The notes under the pieces: model-generated
Told to the model about the DNA's origin: nothing
The model's database searches: none
The model's input: the letters and a program-made list of their open reading frames with translations, nothing else
In this document: positions 28,028 through 36,731 of the stretch, in pieces
Layout: each line of letters opens with the position of its first letter
Numbering within the stretch: the stretch's first letter is position 1
Sequence record: NC_101835.1
Length of the DNA: 64,000 nt
Source of the DNA: a phage
Reading direction: 5' to 3' (one strand)
Made by a program: the position numbers and the translations under genes

Positions 28028-28147
28028 TCAGTTACTTACAGCGATAAAATACATCCCTACGCCTAACAATATTTCAAGGGCGATGATCTCAAGCCATACC
28101 ATAACCCGGCGCACCTTATCGGTGCGGGGCTTATCCTTGGTTGTCAT
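28028..28147 (-). CDS. small membrane peptide (39 aa)
   Basis: MTTKDKPRTDKVRRVMVWLEIIALEILLGVGMYFIAVSN; below track cut-off. Confidence 0.3.
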   Translation of the reverse strand: MTTKDKPRTDKVRRVMVWLEIIALEILLGVGMYFIAVSN

Positions 28148-28407
28148 CGTCTCCCCCTTTCATCCTGGTAGTAGTGACGTGGTTTACAATGGCCCCCAGG
28201 AGTACCATCACCACGCACATCACAAGAAAAATTATCTCTGTCGTTGTTCGATCCATTGTTATAAAATTCCTTAAGATCAGGCCTGAAAATAAAGCGTTCG
28301 TTATTGAATCCATCACGCCAGGCGGCTGGCTTCAAATCTTCATCAAAGGGATTAATTAACGTGGTATTATTTAAACGGCTGGCCCACATATTTTCTATTC
28401 CTCTCAA
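28144..28407 (-). CDS. hypothetical protein (start uncertain)
   Basis: Track ORF; overlaps neighbouring ORF in another frame. Confidence 0.3.
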   Translation of the reverse strand: MRGIENMWASRLNNTTLINPFDEDLKPAAWRDGFNNERFIFRPDLKEFYNNGSNNDRDNFSCDVRGDGTPGGHCKPRHYYQDERGRR

Positions 28408-28738
28408 ATAGGCGATCCGCCTCAGTTAAACAAATCTCATGGGCGTGATCTCTGGTTTTAGCTTCATCGAAAACCTGTTGTGCAAGGCTGCAGCGTAGGG
28501 AGACTGGAAGATCACTATAATAGGCGTTGACAAATGTTTGCGCGTCATACAGGTCGGAAAATACTTTACCCTTTCTATTATCGCCTTTGTCAACAATTGC
28601 AAGGATAACAAGTACAATAGTTGCAACCACCCCCAGGAAAATAGATATAATAAACCATAAAAAGGCGGATCTACCCATCTTGCCAGCGATCCAGGCGTTA
28701 AACAAGGCAACTAATACGGCCAAAATAATAAATTCCAT
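28367..28738 (-). CDS. membrane protein (2 TM)
   Basis: Internal start MEFIILAVLVALF...; two hydrophobic helices. Confidence 0.5.
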   Translation of the reverse strand: MEFIILAVLVALFNAWIAGKMGRSAFLWFIISIFLGVVATIVLVILAIVDKGDNRKGKVFSDLYDAQTFVNAYYSDLPVSLRCSLAQQVFDEAKTRDHAHEICLTEADRLFERNRKYVGQPFK

Positions 28739-28802
28739 TCTATGTACCTCTTTTGCAGTTCTGTTTAACAATAAGGCGGCAAATATGCCGCCTGTTACCT
28801 GA

Positions 28803-29183
28803 TTAAAAATTATCGCCGTAAATCTTTCCGCTTTCTGCCCACACCACCACGCGGGGCATACTATCCCACACGTCTTGTTTTAGATTGAGCGCGTGCAATT
28901 CTTCGGTGGTGCCCATACCAGGCACGGGCTGATTGTATACTGCAAAACGACCACCCGCATAGTCATAGGCCAGAGTTAAATCACACTGGATCATCTTTTT
29001 GATCATGGCATTAAGCATGGCGTTAGCCGCATACTGATCACGTTTTAAAGGCAACTCTTTGATTAGTTTGCGATAGTTTTCAATGTGATCGCACACTGTT
29101 TCACGTGGAAGATCTTTCATATCCTCGCGAAAGGTAACCAGGTTAAACATGACGGTGTCAATAGCTTTAGTAGTGTTTTTCAT
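28803..29183 (-). CDS. hypothetical protein
   Basis: Internal ATG at 29183 preceded by AAGAGG and leader hairpin. Confidence 0.55.
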   Translation of the reverse strand: MKNTTKAIDTVMFNLVTFREDMKDLPRETVCDHIENYRKLIKELPLKRDQYAANAMLNAMIKKMIQCDLTLAYDYAGGRFAVYNQPVPGMGTTEELHALNLKQDVWDSMPRVVVWAESGKIYGDNF

Positions 29184-29207
29184 GATGTTTTCCTCTTTGT
29201 TTTGTGT

Positions 29208-29228
29208 GGGGGGCAAACGTCTTGCCCC
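29208..29228 (-). promoter_or_regulatory. 5' leader stem-loop (example of a recurring class)
   Basis: GGGGCAA-gacg-TTGCCCC about 8 nt after a TTGCAA-16-TATATT promoter and 25 nt before the ATG. Confidence 0.5.
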
Positions 29229-29273
29229 TTGAGTTTTAATATAGCAGGTTTTTAGATTATTGCAACACTTTAT

Positions 29274-29897
29274 TTATGAAAAACTCATCTCTCCATATTC
29301 ATCCACATCAAACCGCCAATCATTGGCCTCGATAAGGCCGATCAGGTTTTCGGTAGTAAATTGTTCAAGATAAGCTTGCTCCAGGTCTACGTAAACCTTG
29401 CGGGATAGTTCCCGTACGTTCTCGGTGATCAACTCTTCCAGCTCTTCAACCTTACTTTCTTGCTTGGCTGTCAGGTCTAGCCATGTAGTATCGATGTACC
29501 CGCTTACAGTGTTTTCGTGACTATAGCGGCTATATGGATCACGCTCAACACTTGCGGATAGCTCGCCATCGTGCATTGTGCCGAACAAGTGACGAATTGA
29601 GCGGAATTTAGTCAGAGACTTGACTTTACGCAAGAATTTTTCTAAATCCACGTTTTCCGCACTGATTGACGCGCCGTCGCCCTGGCACCAAAAGCCGGAC
29701 CAATGTACCTTGGTATCTTCAAGGCCATACTCTGGAAAGATATGTTCTTTATAGTCTTCAATTACACTTTCTGCAAAAAAGTTATCCCCGCTGTGTTCTT
29801 CTCTTTCGCGGACCATTTCAATAGCTTTTTCTTTTTGTTCATCGGTCAGCACGTCGAAAGATAAATTGTAACCTGTGGTAATGTTAACGGTGGTCAT
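29274..29897 (-). CDS. hypothetical protein (207 aa)
   Basis: Leader hairpin GGCGGGAA...TTCCCGCC at about 29925-29945. Confidence 0.55.
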   Translation of the reverse strand: MTTVNITTGYNLSFDVLTDEQKEKAIEMVREREEHSGDNFFAESVIEDYKEHIFPEYGLEDTKVHWSGFWCQGDGASISAENVDLEKFLRKVKSLTKFRSIRHLFGTMHDGELSASVERDPYSRYSHENTVSGYIDTTWLDLTAKQESKVEELEELITENVRELSRKVYVDLEQAYLEQFTTENLIGLIEANDWRFDVDEYGEMSFS

Positions 29898-29971
29898 GAT
29901 ATTTTCTCCTATTTTCTTTGTTAGTGGCGGGAAGTTTTCCCGCCTGTGTGTTTAAGTATACTTATCGAGAT

Positions 29972-30232
29972 TTACTTGTCAACACTATTTTTTAAATTAT
30001 TGTGGCGCAAAATGCTTAAAATCTCTTCAACGTCATCAACACGGCGGCAATTTTTAAACGCTACCAATTGCCCCATGATTTTAATCACTGGACGGCCTTG
30101 CCAGTGCCCCTGGAGAAAGCGCGCCTTGACTTTATCGGTGGAACTATCACGCCACCAAATGGCCTTGTTATTGCAGTAGTAAAAATTATTCAGGACAACA
30201 TCAACTTTATCAAAATTTTTTAATTTACGCAT
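29972..30232 (-). CDS. hypothetical protein
   Basis: Track ORF. Confidence 0.5.
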   Translation of the reverse strand: MRKLKNFDKVDVVLNNFYYCNNKAIWWRDSSTDKVKARFLQGHWQGRPVIKIMGQLVAFKNCRRVDDVEEILSILRHNNLKNSVDK

Positions 30233-30478
30233 GGCGTTTACTCCTTCCTTCTTGCTTTGATGTGGTTAGTATATCCGGACTATTCCAAGGTGTCAAGCTT
30301 TAAATAAAATCACTGTCAATGATATTTTTTAACACCATAAAACGGCCCTGGGTGATGTTTTCAGGTTAATAAAGGGGATTGCATAGGTAGGGGCTTTTGT
30401 GGCGTTTGTGGGGCCAACCAGGGGCGCTATTCGTAGGATAGAAATAAAAAACCCCGCACAATGGCGGGGCGTTGGTTG

Positions 30479-30676
30479 CTATTTGTCTTTGTGGCGGTAT
30501 CGTTCCGCTTGTCGTTCACGTTCCAAAAGCAGGCTGGGTAATTTGCGATCATAGTGATTTCGCCAGATCTTCCCAAATCTTTTCGGCTTATTCAGTTTAT
30601 TGTTACGCTGGCGTCGTTCCGGCAGCTCTTCGGAATCATGAGATCGCTTTACAATCTTCTCAAAATTAATCTTCAT
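30479..30676 (-). CDS. small basic protein
   Basis: Internal start MKINFEK; Arg/Lys-rich. Confidence 0.45.
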   Translation of the reverse strand: MKINFEKIVKRSHDSEELPERRQRNNKLNKPKRFGKIWRNHYDRKLPSLLLERERQAERYRHKDK

Positions 30677-31019
30677 ATATTCCCCCCTTGCTAACTTCAA
30701 TATTGGCCTGAATAGCCCGGATACGGCGCTTTATAACCTCCTGATCCTTGCAATCATATCCCCAAAAGTCTACGATTTTTGCGCCTCCAGCCTTTAGGCG
30801 GTATAGTGTTTCTTGCATCTTGTAAGCCGGGATCGGTCGCGGTGTTACCTGGTCGCCCTTCTCATTCTTGTACTTGATAATGTAGTCTTCATTGTCGTTG
30901 AATACCCAAAATGGGTATTCTGTGAGCGCGTTGCTCTCTTTTTCGTTTTTAGATTGGATCTTGTTTACAATTAAAGCCGTAGCAATAGCGCCAATAATAA
31001 AACTTGCCCCGCTGATCAT
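30666..31019 (-). CDS. membrane-anchored protein
   Basis: Internal start MISGASFIIGAIATALIV (TM). Confidence 0.5.
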   Translation of the reverse strand: MISGASFIIGAIATALIVNKIQSKNEKESNALTEYPFWVFNDNEDYIIKYKNEKGDQVTPRPIPAYKMQETLYRLKAGGAKIVDFWGYDCKDQEVIKRRIRAIQANIEVSKGGIYED

Positions 31020-31094
31020 GTACTTTCTCCTTTCATTGTGTTGATAAACTATCTTTATAGATGGCCCTGCTACCAGGACCACCGAAAAAACAGC

Positions 31095-31340
31095 TTATTT
31101 GACGATACCGACAAAACAGATCCCGCCTTCCCCTATATAGGCAATATCGGTAATTTTATAATTTGTCAAGATCCGCGTGTTCAGATCATTAATAAAATCG
31201 GTCATCGCGTTGGTGTGGTTGTCTTCCGTGTCTAAGGCATAATCCCAGGTGTAAACCTTTTTACGTCCGAAGCCTTTTACCATGATACGGGCGCTTTTGG
31301 TGTTGGTAGGGGCATAATATTTGGTGATTAGTGCTGCCAT
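31095..31340 (-). CDS. hypothetical protein
   Basis: Downstream of conserved 45-bp element copy 2; RBS GAGGAG. Confidence 0.55.
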   Translation of the reverse strand: MAALITKYYAPTNTKSARIMVKGFGRKKVYTWDYALDTEDNHTNAMTDFINDLNTRILTNYKITDIAYIGEGGICFVGIVK

Positions 31341-31382
31341 GGTTTTAACTCCTCTGAATTAGTTCAGTGTTAACAGTATAAA

Positions 31383-31427
31383 GTTTACTTTATTGATGGC
31401 CCTGAAGTCAAGGCCATCTAAAAATAA
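31383..31427 (-). promoter_or_regulatory. conserved 45-bp promoter/hairpin element, copy 2
   Basis: GTTTACTTTATTGATGGCCCTGAAGTCAAGGCCATCTAAAAATAA, near-identical to copy 3. Confidence 0.45.
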
Positions 31428-31429
31428 TC

Positions 31430-31771
31430 TTACTCGTTTTCTTCCAGCTCCGCAAGCTCTTCTTTTGCTTCTTCTAACTCTGTCTGTAGTTCCTGGTATT
31501 CTTCATCGTCCTCAATATCCAGGCTGTCGATGTAGTCGCTAAATCCGCAGCGGTAAGCGATAGGATCTAGCTCCTTGAGGATACGCGACGGAAGAAAAGA
31601 AATGTTTCCGATCATAATTTCGCCGTAGATCTCGTCTAACCATTCATCATAGTTTTCGTCGTACTTGTCCTCGTCGATTTCAAAGTTATCGATCTTGTTC
31701 TCAAGGTCTGCGATCTGTTTTTTCAGCGCGGCGATCTGCATAGCTTTTTCTGCGGCGGTCATAGTAGTCAT
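31430..31771 (-). CDS. hypothetical acidic coiled-coil protein
   Basis: Leader hairpin GGGAA-gtt-TTCCC then RBS. Confidence 0.55.
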   Translation of the reverse strand: MTTMTAAEKAMQIAALKKQIADLENKIDNFEIDEDKYDENYDEWLDEIYGEIMIGNISFLPSRILKELDPIAYRCGFSDYIDSLDIEDDEEYQELQTELEEAKEELAELEENE

Positions 31772-31850
31772 GGTGTTTTCTCCTTTTGTGTGCTCTGGGA
31801 AGTTTTCCCGTTTACGTGTTTAAGTATATCGATCTAAGTTAGTTTGTCAA

Positions 31851-31970
31851 TTAAAAATTTAAGAAAAATTTTGCAAAACTGTTAGCGCTACTCATTAACA
31901 TTTGCGCCAGGATGTAACCGACAACGCAAACGATAATAGTTACCTTTGTGTATTGGCGTGTAGTGCTCAT
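31851..31970 (-). CDS. small membrane peptide (39 aa)
   Basis: MSTTRQYTKVTIIVCVVGYILAQMLM...; follows element copy 3. Confidence 0.35.
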   Translation of the reverse strand: MSTTRQYTKVTIIVCVVGYILAQMLMSSANSFAKFFLNF

Positions 31971-32004
31971 CTTAAAGCCCCCTTTTTTCGCTTAGTTGAG
32001 ATTA

Positions 32005-32049
32005 GTTTACTTTATTGATGGCCCTGAAGTCAAGGCCATCTAAAAATAA
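32005..32049 (-). promoter_or_regulatory. conserved 45-bp promoter/hairpin element, copy 3
   Basis: Same sequence as copy 2; directly after the stop of 32052-32546. Confidence 0.45.
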
Positions 32050-32051
32050 AC

Positions 32052-32447
32052 TTAGTAAGTTTTCAGTACTTTACCGTCCAACCTGTCAAGCTGGATCTCG
32101 ATAGCTGCAGAAAACCTATTGTAAACCACATCGCCCATAGAATCCAACCAGTCTATGACATTATACACCTGCTCTTTATTCTTGCAAGTCCGGATCCGTT
32201 TCATTACGTAAGACGGATCAATATTAGTGCTCCCGTTGTTGTGGTCATGCGCCTGGCCTGCTGCACTGGTTATAGATTTTACAACCACCTGAAAGGGCTT
32301 TAAGGTGCCTTTTGCGTTCATCTCACGCGCTTTTGCGGCGCGGTTGTTATATGTTACACAACGGCGGCAAATGTTGACTAAATGCATGTCAATAATTTTT
32401 TCATCGTTTGCCAGTTCGTTCATGATGCGGCGTACGTTCTTATTCAT
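32052..32447 (-). CDS. hypothetical protein
   Basis: Internal start MNKNVRRIMNE after leader hairpin GGCGGGAA-aca-TTCCCGCC. Confidence 0.5.
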   Translation of the reverse strand: MNKNVRRIMNELANDEKIIDMHLVNICRRCVTYNNRAAKAREMNAKGTLKPFQVVVKSITSAAGQAHDHNNGSTNIDPSYVMKRIRTCKNKEQVYNVIDWLDSMGDVVYNRFSAAIEIQLDRLDGKVLKTY

Positions 32448-32530
32448 GATCTTTTTTCCTTTGTGCTGGCGGGAAACATTCCCGCCTTTTGTGTCTAGTT
32501 TACTTAAATTTTGCAGCGTGTCAATGATTT

Positions 32531-32929
32531 TTATTCGTGGGCGCATGTCACAATGTGCTTTTTATAGCCCAGGTGGTCAGCAAGTGCCGACAAAAACTCT
32601 TCTTCGTAGATCCAGCCGTCGGCAGTGATCCCCATAGCATTTAATGCGCTCTCAAGTGCTGCGTTAGCTTTATCGTAACCGTGACCGCTAGCCTTGCCGC
32701 CAGTATAACCGTACTTATTGTTCTTGTTGTCGTGAATCCAAAACACGCAGTAGTGAGTGTTACCACTGGCGGCGGCATAATACCGGATCTCAGCTACTTC
32801 GTGCAAATTATTGTCATCGTCCAGGCCCACCAGATTATAAGCCTTGTAAAATCCACGATCACGGCGGCAGTTCTTGACATCAGAAAAAGAAAAGTCGGCA
32901 TTATCAAAATTAAAGGTTGTGGTTTTCAT
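32531..32929 (-). CDS. hypothetical protein
   Basis: Track ORF; RBS AAGAGG. Confidence 0.55.
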   Translation of the reverse strand: MKTTTFNFDNADFSFSDVKNCRRDRGFYKAYNLVGLDDDNNLHEVAEIRYYAAASGNTHYCVFWIHDNKNNKYGYTGGKASGHGYDKANAALESALNAMGITADGWIYEEEFLSALADHLGYKKHIVTCAHE

Positions 32930-32993
32930 GATTTTATCCTCTTAGTGTCTTTTGTGATTTCAGTATATTTTGTGTCAGACTACATGTCAATAT

Positions 32994-33191
32994 TTATTTT
33001 TTATTAAACCAGTGGTTGATCTGACCTTTTGTCAGGGCGCAACGATTAAGCTGTTGCAGGGTATAGCTATGACCGCGACGAAATTTATAAAGGCCTTGCC
33101 CGTTGTTGATGGTTACATCCACCCGGCAAATCACTTGATTGGTGACCACCTGGCGAGTGTTGCGACGTACTTTAATTCCGTAGGCGTTCAT
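32994..33191 (-). CDS. small basic protein
   Basis: Internal start MNAYGIKVRRNTRQ; RBS AGAGAGGA. Confidence 0.45.
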   Translation of the reverse strand: MNAYGIKVRRNTRQVVTNQVICRVDVTINNGQGLYKFRRGHSYTLQQLNRCALTKGQINHWFNKK

Positions 33192-33277
33192 GATTTTTTT
33201 ATCCTCTCTGTTAATTGGTGTGGTGTTGTTCACCTTGCGAGGATAAGAATAACAAGAACTGTCCGAGCTGTCAACCA

Positions 33278-33454
33278 TTAGTTAAAATTATTTTTTGGGT
33301 AGAATTCTCCAGCCGCCGCCCCTGCCAGGTTAACCATCATTTTTTCGTACTCTTCTTTATGTTCCAACGCTCCCGCCATAGCCTTTTCAACCAGGGCGAT
33401 AGCCTCAGCGTCATTAATAGCTACATTTTCCAGGGGGATCATATTACCTTCCAT
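33278..33454 (-). CDS. hypothetical protein (58 aa)
   Basis: MEGNMIPLENVAINDAEAIALVEKAMAGALEHKEEYEKMM...; RBS GAGGAGG. Confidence 0.35.
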   Translation of the reverse strand: MEGNMIPLENVAINDAEAIALVEKAMAGALEHKEEYEKMMVNLAGAAAGEFYPKNNFN

Positions 33455-33657
33455 TTTTGTACCTCCTCTTCAATTGTTACCTATCCTATAGCATAGGCCC
33501 ACCAGGTTTACAAGCCTTCATTCTCCCCTACCTGGTCAGTTAGGTCCTGCCAGGCTGGCCCCGCCAGGTTGCAGCGGTTAGCGCATCAGGTTAGAAAAAT
33601 TTTTTGAAAAGTGTTGACAGCGGCCCCGCCAGGTGGCACAATATACCTATCGAAAGG

Positions 33658-33693
33658 ACGGCAGGCACTGGTGACGGGGGAGACAACCACCGG
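33658..33693 (+). other. conserved stem-loop element, copy 2
   Basis: GGCAGGCACTGGTGACGGGGGAGACAACCACCGGGG, homologous to the reverse complement of 24669-24711. Confidence 0.45.
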
Positions 33694-33808
33694 GGATGGG
33701 CGCTGCATAAAATGAGAACGATTATCATTATCATTTAAAAATTTATGCAAAAAATCCTTGCTTTCTTTGTCCTGTGTGATACTATAATAACAAGCCGGGG
33801 CAACAGGG

Positions 33809-33832
33809 GCCGGGAGACAATCACCGGGCCTG
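33809..33832 (+). other. conserved stem-loop element, partial copy 3
   Basis: CGGGAGACAATCACCGGGCCTGCC matches the 3' half of the 24669 element. Confidence 0.45.
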
Positions 33833-33949
33833 CCCGTTATTCTGCAAACGAGAATGATTATCATTCAAAATTCTAAATGAGAACTCCTCGCATTTAATAA
33901 ATTTAATTAGCACGCTAATTACCTACCGTGACAATTATATATAAAATAA

Positions 33950-34440
33950 TACCTCCTAAAATATTTCCATATACAAATTTTAAAAATCCATTTCTGAAAA
34001 CGAAAAATCGATTTCGTCCCCAAAAATTTCAGGTCGAGATCCGGAACGATTTCCAGAAAATCCGATTTAGAAAACGAAAAACAGATCGAGTACTGAGAAA
34101 TTTATCGAGAAAAATTTTCAGAAAATCCAAGCCATGAAATGAAAAGTAGATCGAGTACTGGAAAAATTGTACCGCAACCCACTGATAGTGATGGGTTTTC
34201 CGTCATAAATCACTAAGAGTGAGTGGAGAAAGGTATGGTGGAGAGGTGTGTATGTGTGGGAAATCTGTAATGGTGGCCTGAAATATGGTGCAAACGGCTA
34301 GATAGATTGGCACAATTTTCCGCGCCTGTGTTGAAAAAATCCATTTTAGTTTTCGATCCATTTTCTGATTTTCTAAGGATTTTAAAATATCCTGGTAGGT
34401 AAAATATCAAAAGGAGGAAATCCATTTTAGAAATCCCCCT
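33950..34440. repeat. AT-rich iteron region
   Basis: GAAAATCC(A/G)(A/T)TT five times, AGATCGAGTACTG twice (34083, 34148), palindrome TAATTAGC-ac-GCTAATTA near 33903. Confidence 0.55.
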
Positions 34441-34470
34441 TATACTTGATATGCCAGGAATTTTCAAGTA

Positions 34471-34800
34471 TCAGTTGTCTTTGTTTTTAGGTTTGTACAT
34501 GCGCAGAGGTATGGTCTTTGTAACATTCCATTTCCTCAACCCTTCCCAGCTCCAGTTGTGGGCGTGGTATCCGGTTATGCATGCACTACTGGAGTGATCG
34601 TAAGCATAAGAGAACGCTAAGCGCACCAGGTGGGGCCAGTCCTTCCATGGTTGTGGACCGTAAGCTTTTCTCCAACACCGACACAAACTAAATGTCTCAA
34701 GGATAGGAAGGATAACAAACCCATACACTGTCACCAAAATAGTCAGTGCAATGATTGTCAGGAACACATACCCTGCAGTTGAAATGATGATCTCTGTCAT
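34471..34800 (-). CDS. membrane protein
   Basis: N-terminal TM; ATGA coupling. Confidence 0.5.
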   Translation of the reverse strand: MTEIIISTAGYVFLTIIALTILVTVYGFVILPILETFSLCRCWRKAYGPQPWKDWPHLVRLAFSYAYDHSSSACITGYHAHNWSWEGLRKWNVTKTIPLRMYKPKNKDN

Positions 34801-35000
34801 TTGTCGTCCCCTTTCTTACGGATATAAATGTGAGAACCTGCCTGTATATAAATTTCTCGACCATCTTCTGCGAAGATGTGGAATACACGGTCACCTTCGT
34901 ACTCAATACGAGATATCTTCATAGTGGTCTTCCCACCGGGGATACGGATCTCATCACCCACAGCAATGTTCCATGCGGATTTAAGCTTAAACATCAGCAC
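34797..35000 (-). CDS. hypothetical protein
   Basis: Track ORF. Confidence 0.5.
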   Translation of the reverse strand: MLMFKLKSAWNIAVGDEIRIPGGKTTMKISRIEYEGDRVFHIFAEDGREIYIQAGSHIYIRKKGDDK

Positions 35001-35232
35001 CCTCCTTTGGGAACTTAAACTCTGGCATAGCCATGTACGCTACAACAGGGTTGTGATCAAAGTAGAACTGACCGTTAATTATCCCGGTTTTGTCCACATA
35101 GTTACCAGATCCTGCAAGAACAACCTCGCAAGCTCCGAAATCCACATTGCCATCCTCATCAGCCATGGCTACGATATACTTTCCAAGAGGCATGTTTTTA
35201 ACGCCGTCTACAAATGTCCACTCTGTGTTCAT
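34987..35232 (-). CDS. hypothetical protein
   Basis: Track ORF. Confidence 0.5.
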   Translation of the reverse strand: MNTEWTFVDGVKNMPLGKYIVAMADEDGNVDFGACEVVLAGSGNYVDKTGIINGQFYFDHNPVVAYMAMPEFKFPKEGADV

Positions 35233-35241
35233 ACTTTACCC

Positions 35242-35574
35242 TTAAGGTAGCCAGTAAACAATCTCGCCTTTCAGCTTCATGTCGTTTCCAACATAAATTT
35301 CCCAGCCATCCATCTTAGCCACTGCAGGAGTGAAGTCCGTAGAACCACTAACCTCTTTCCAAGTCCCGTAGTCAGGTTGCCAGATATAGAATCCACCTTC
35401 CTTGTCCCATGCTCCATATACCACATCGAGCAGGTTGCCCATTGCAACAATAATAGGCCGTGGGAATAATACATCTACAGATGCGCCACAATTTCGGGTA
35501 TCTTTTAAGTTGCAATCCCAAAAGATGTCTGCCAGTGTGGCGGCGATAGCTTTACGTCTTTCCAATGTTACCAT
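35242..35574 (-). CDS. hypothetical protein
   Basis: Track ORF. Confidence 0.5.
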   Translation of the reverse strand: MVTLERRKAIAATLADIFWDCNLKDTRNCGASVDVLFPRPIIVAMGNLLDVVYGAWDKEGGFYIWQPDYGTWKEVSGSTDFTPAVAKMDGWEIYVGNDMKLKGEIVYWLP

Positions 35575-35581
35575 ATCATAC

Positions 35582-35773
35582 TCACTTGTTGTTAAGAAGT
35601 TCTAAAACTTTCTGTTTTACTTTATCAAGATCTGTTGATTCAAAAACTGTGCGATATCCCCAACTTTGCCCGTAGGAGTGACTGCAATCCCCGTAGCACC
35701 ATTGCTCAATTTGATAGTATTCAAGGAACGGGTGCTGTCTAACTATGATACCATCCCGGTTAAAAATTACCAT
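35582..35773 (-). CDS. hypothetical protein
   Basis: Track ORF. Confidence 0.45.
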   Translation of the reverse strand: MVIFNRDGIIVRQHPFLEYYQIEQWCYGDCSHSYGQSWGYRTVFESTDLDKVKQKVLELLNNK

Positions 35774-35836
35774 AATACATCACTCTCTGTTAGTTTATGC
35801 ATATATTATACACTGCAGTTTTCAGATGTCAATCTT

Positions 35837-36031
35837 TTACAGGTTACTCCAGTATAATCGGCATTTACATTTTGGGCAATGAGGTTCTTTTATGTAATAA
35901 CCATCAGTCTTTGGAACACTTTTTGGTGCAGTTTTAAGATTGTACCTGGTAAAACATCGGAAGCAGGTTACCTCTCCCACCTGTTGATCGTTGATCCACT
36001 CACCAGAGTAAAGCTCTTTCTTGTTTCTCAT
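35837..36031 (-). CDS. small zinc-ribbon protein
   Basis: Internal start MRNKKELY; CFRC...CPKCKC. Confidence 0.45.
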   Translation of the reverse strand: MRNKKELYSGEWINDQQVGEVTCFRCFTRYNLKTAPKSVPKTDGYYIKEPHCPKCKCRLYWSNL

Positions 36032-36282
36032 AATTCTCTCCCAAATCCTCTGCAATCTTATACCAAAATCTCCAGCCAGAAAGCACACGGGAACACTTTG
36101 AGGATTGAATCTTTACTTGGCTCGGAAGTTCTTTTTCCGTATGGTAGGTAGAAATACCCTCCTGCAGATTCGAATATAGCTCCTTCGGTTGTATCTACCA
36201 CAGCAAGAATTAAGATTTTAGTCTCCACAGTGCTCTCCTCTCTTAGTTGTTGTGGAGACTATATCACCTCAGAAGATGGTCG

Positions 36283-36681
36283 TCAACACTTTTTGTACTC
36301 TACTACAACCACATCAATATCTGTGGTTGCAAGATTAATTACATCTTCTACATGTTCCCACTTTAGACCGCCAATACCGCATCCGATTTTAGGAATGTAG
36401 AACGGCAATGACACACCTTTGAATACCTCGTTGACTCGCTCAAAACCTTTCATGATTGAGAAGTATTCAGCATTGGGCCCTGGGTAGAACTGGGTATACA
36501 GGTTGATTCCATATACGACCCTGTTCTTGGCAAAATGCTCCCAACAAGAAAACATACCCAGCTTGCCTAGATCACCATAAGCAGTCTCTTTGTCGGCTGC
36601 CAGTGCTTGAGGGAACTCACGGGCAATATCTTTCGCTATGCCTGCACCCATTGTGTGAAAGCAGTTACAACCGTGGATCAT
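36283..36681 (-). CDS. putative macro-domain-like (ADP-ribose binding/processing) protein
   Basis: N-terminal HGCNCFHTMGAGIAKDI pattern resembles macro-like domains; from memory only. Confidence 0.35.
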   Translation of the reverse strand: MIHGCNCFHTMGAGIAKDIAREFPQALAADKETAYGDLGKLGMFSCWEHFAKNRVVYGINLYTQFYPGPNAEYFSIMKGFERVNEVFKGVSLPFYIPKIGCGIGGLKWEHVEDVINLATTDIDVVVVEYKKC

Positions 36682-36731
36682 GTGGCCCGACCCTTTCTTG
36701 AAAAGAGAGATTAGATCTCCCCCCTATAGTA

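Noticed and set aside
23900-32500. Possible CRISPR array suggested by recurring GC-rich hairpins between short genes
   Set aside because: Hairpin sequences differ from one another, spacing is irregular (300-600 nt) and the intervening sequence encodes proteins with RBS; no direct-repeat/spacer periodicity.
33928-34137. Plus-strand ORF in the iteron region
   Set aside because: Translation is low-complexity (KIFPYTNFKNPFLKTKNRF...) and mirrors the AT-rich repeats; no RBS.
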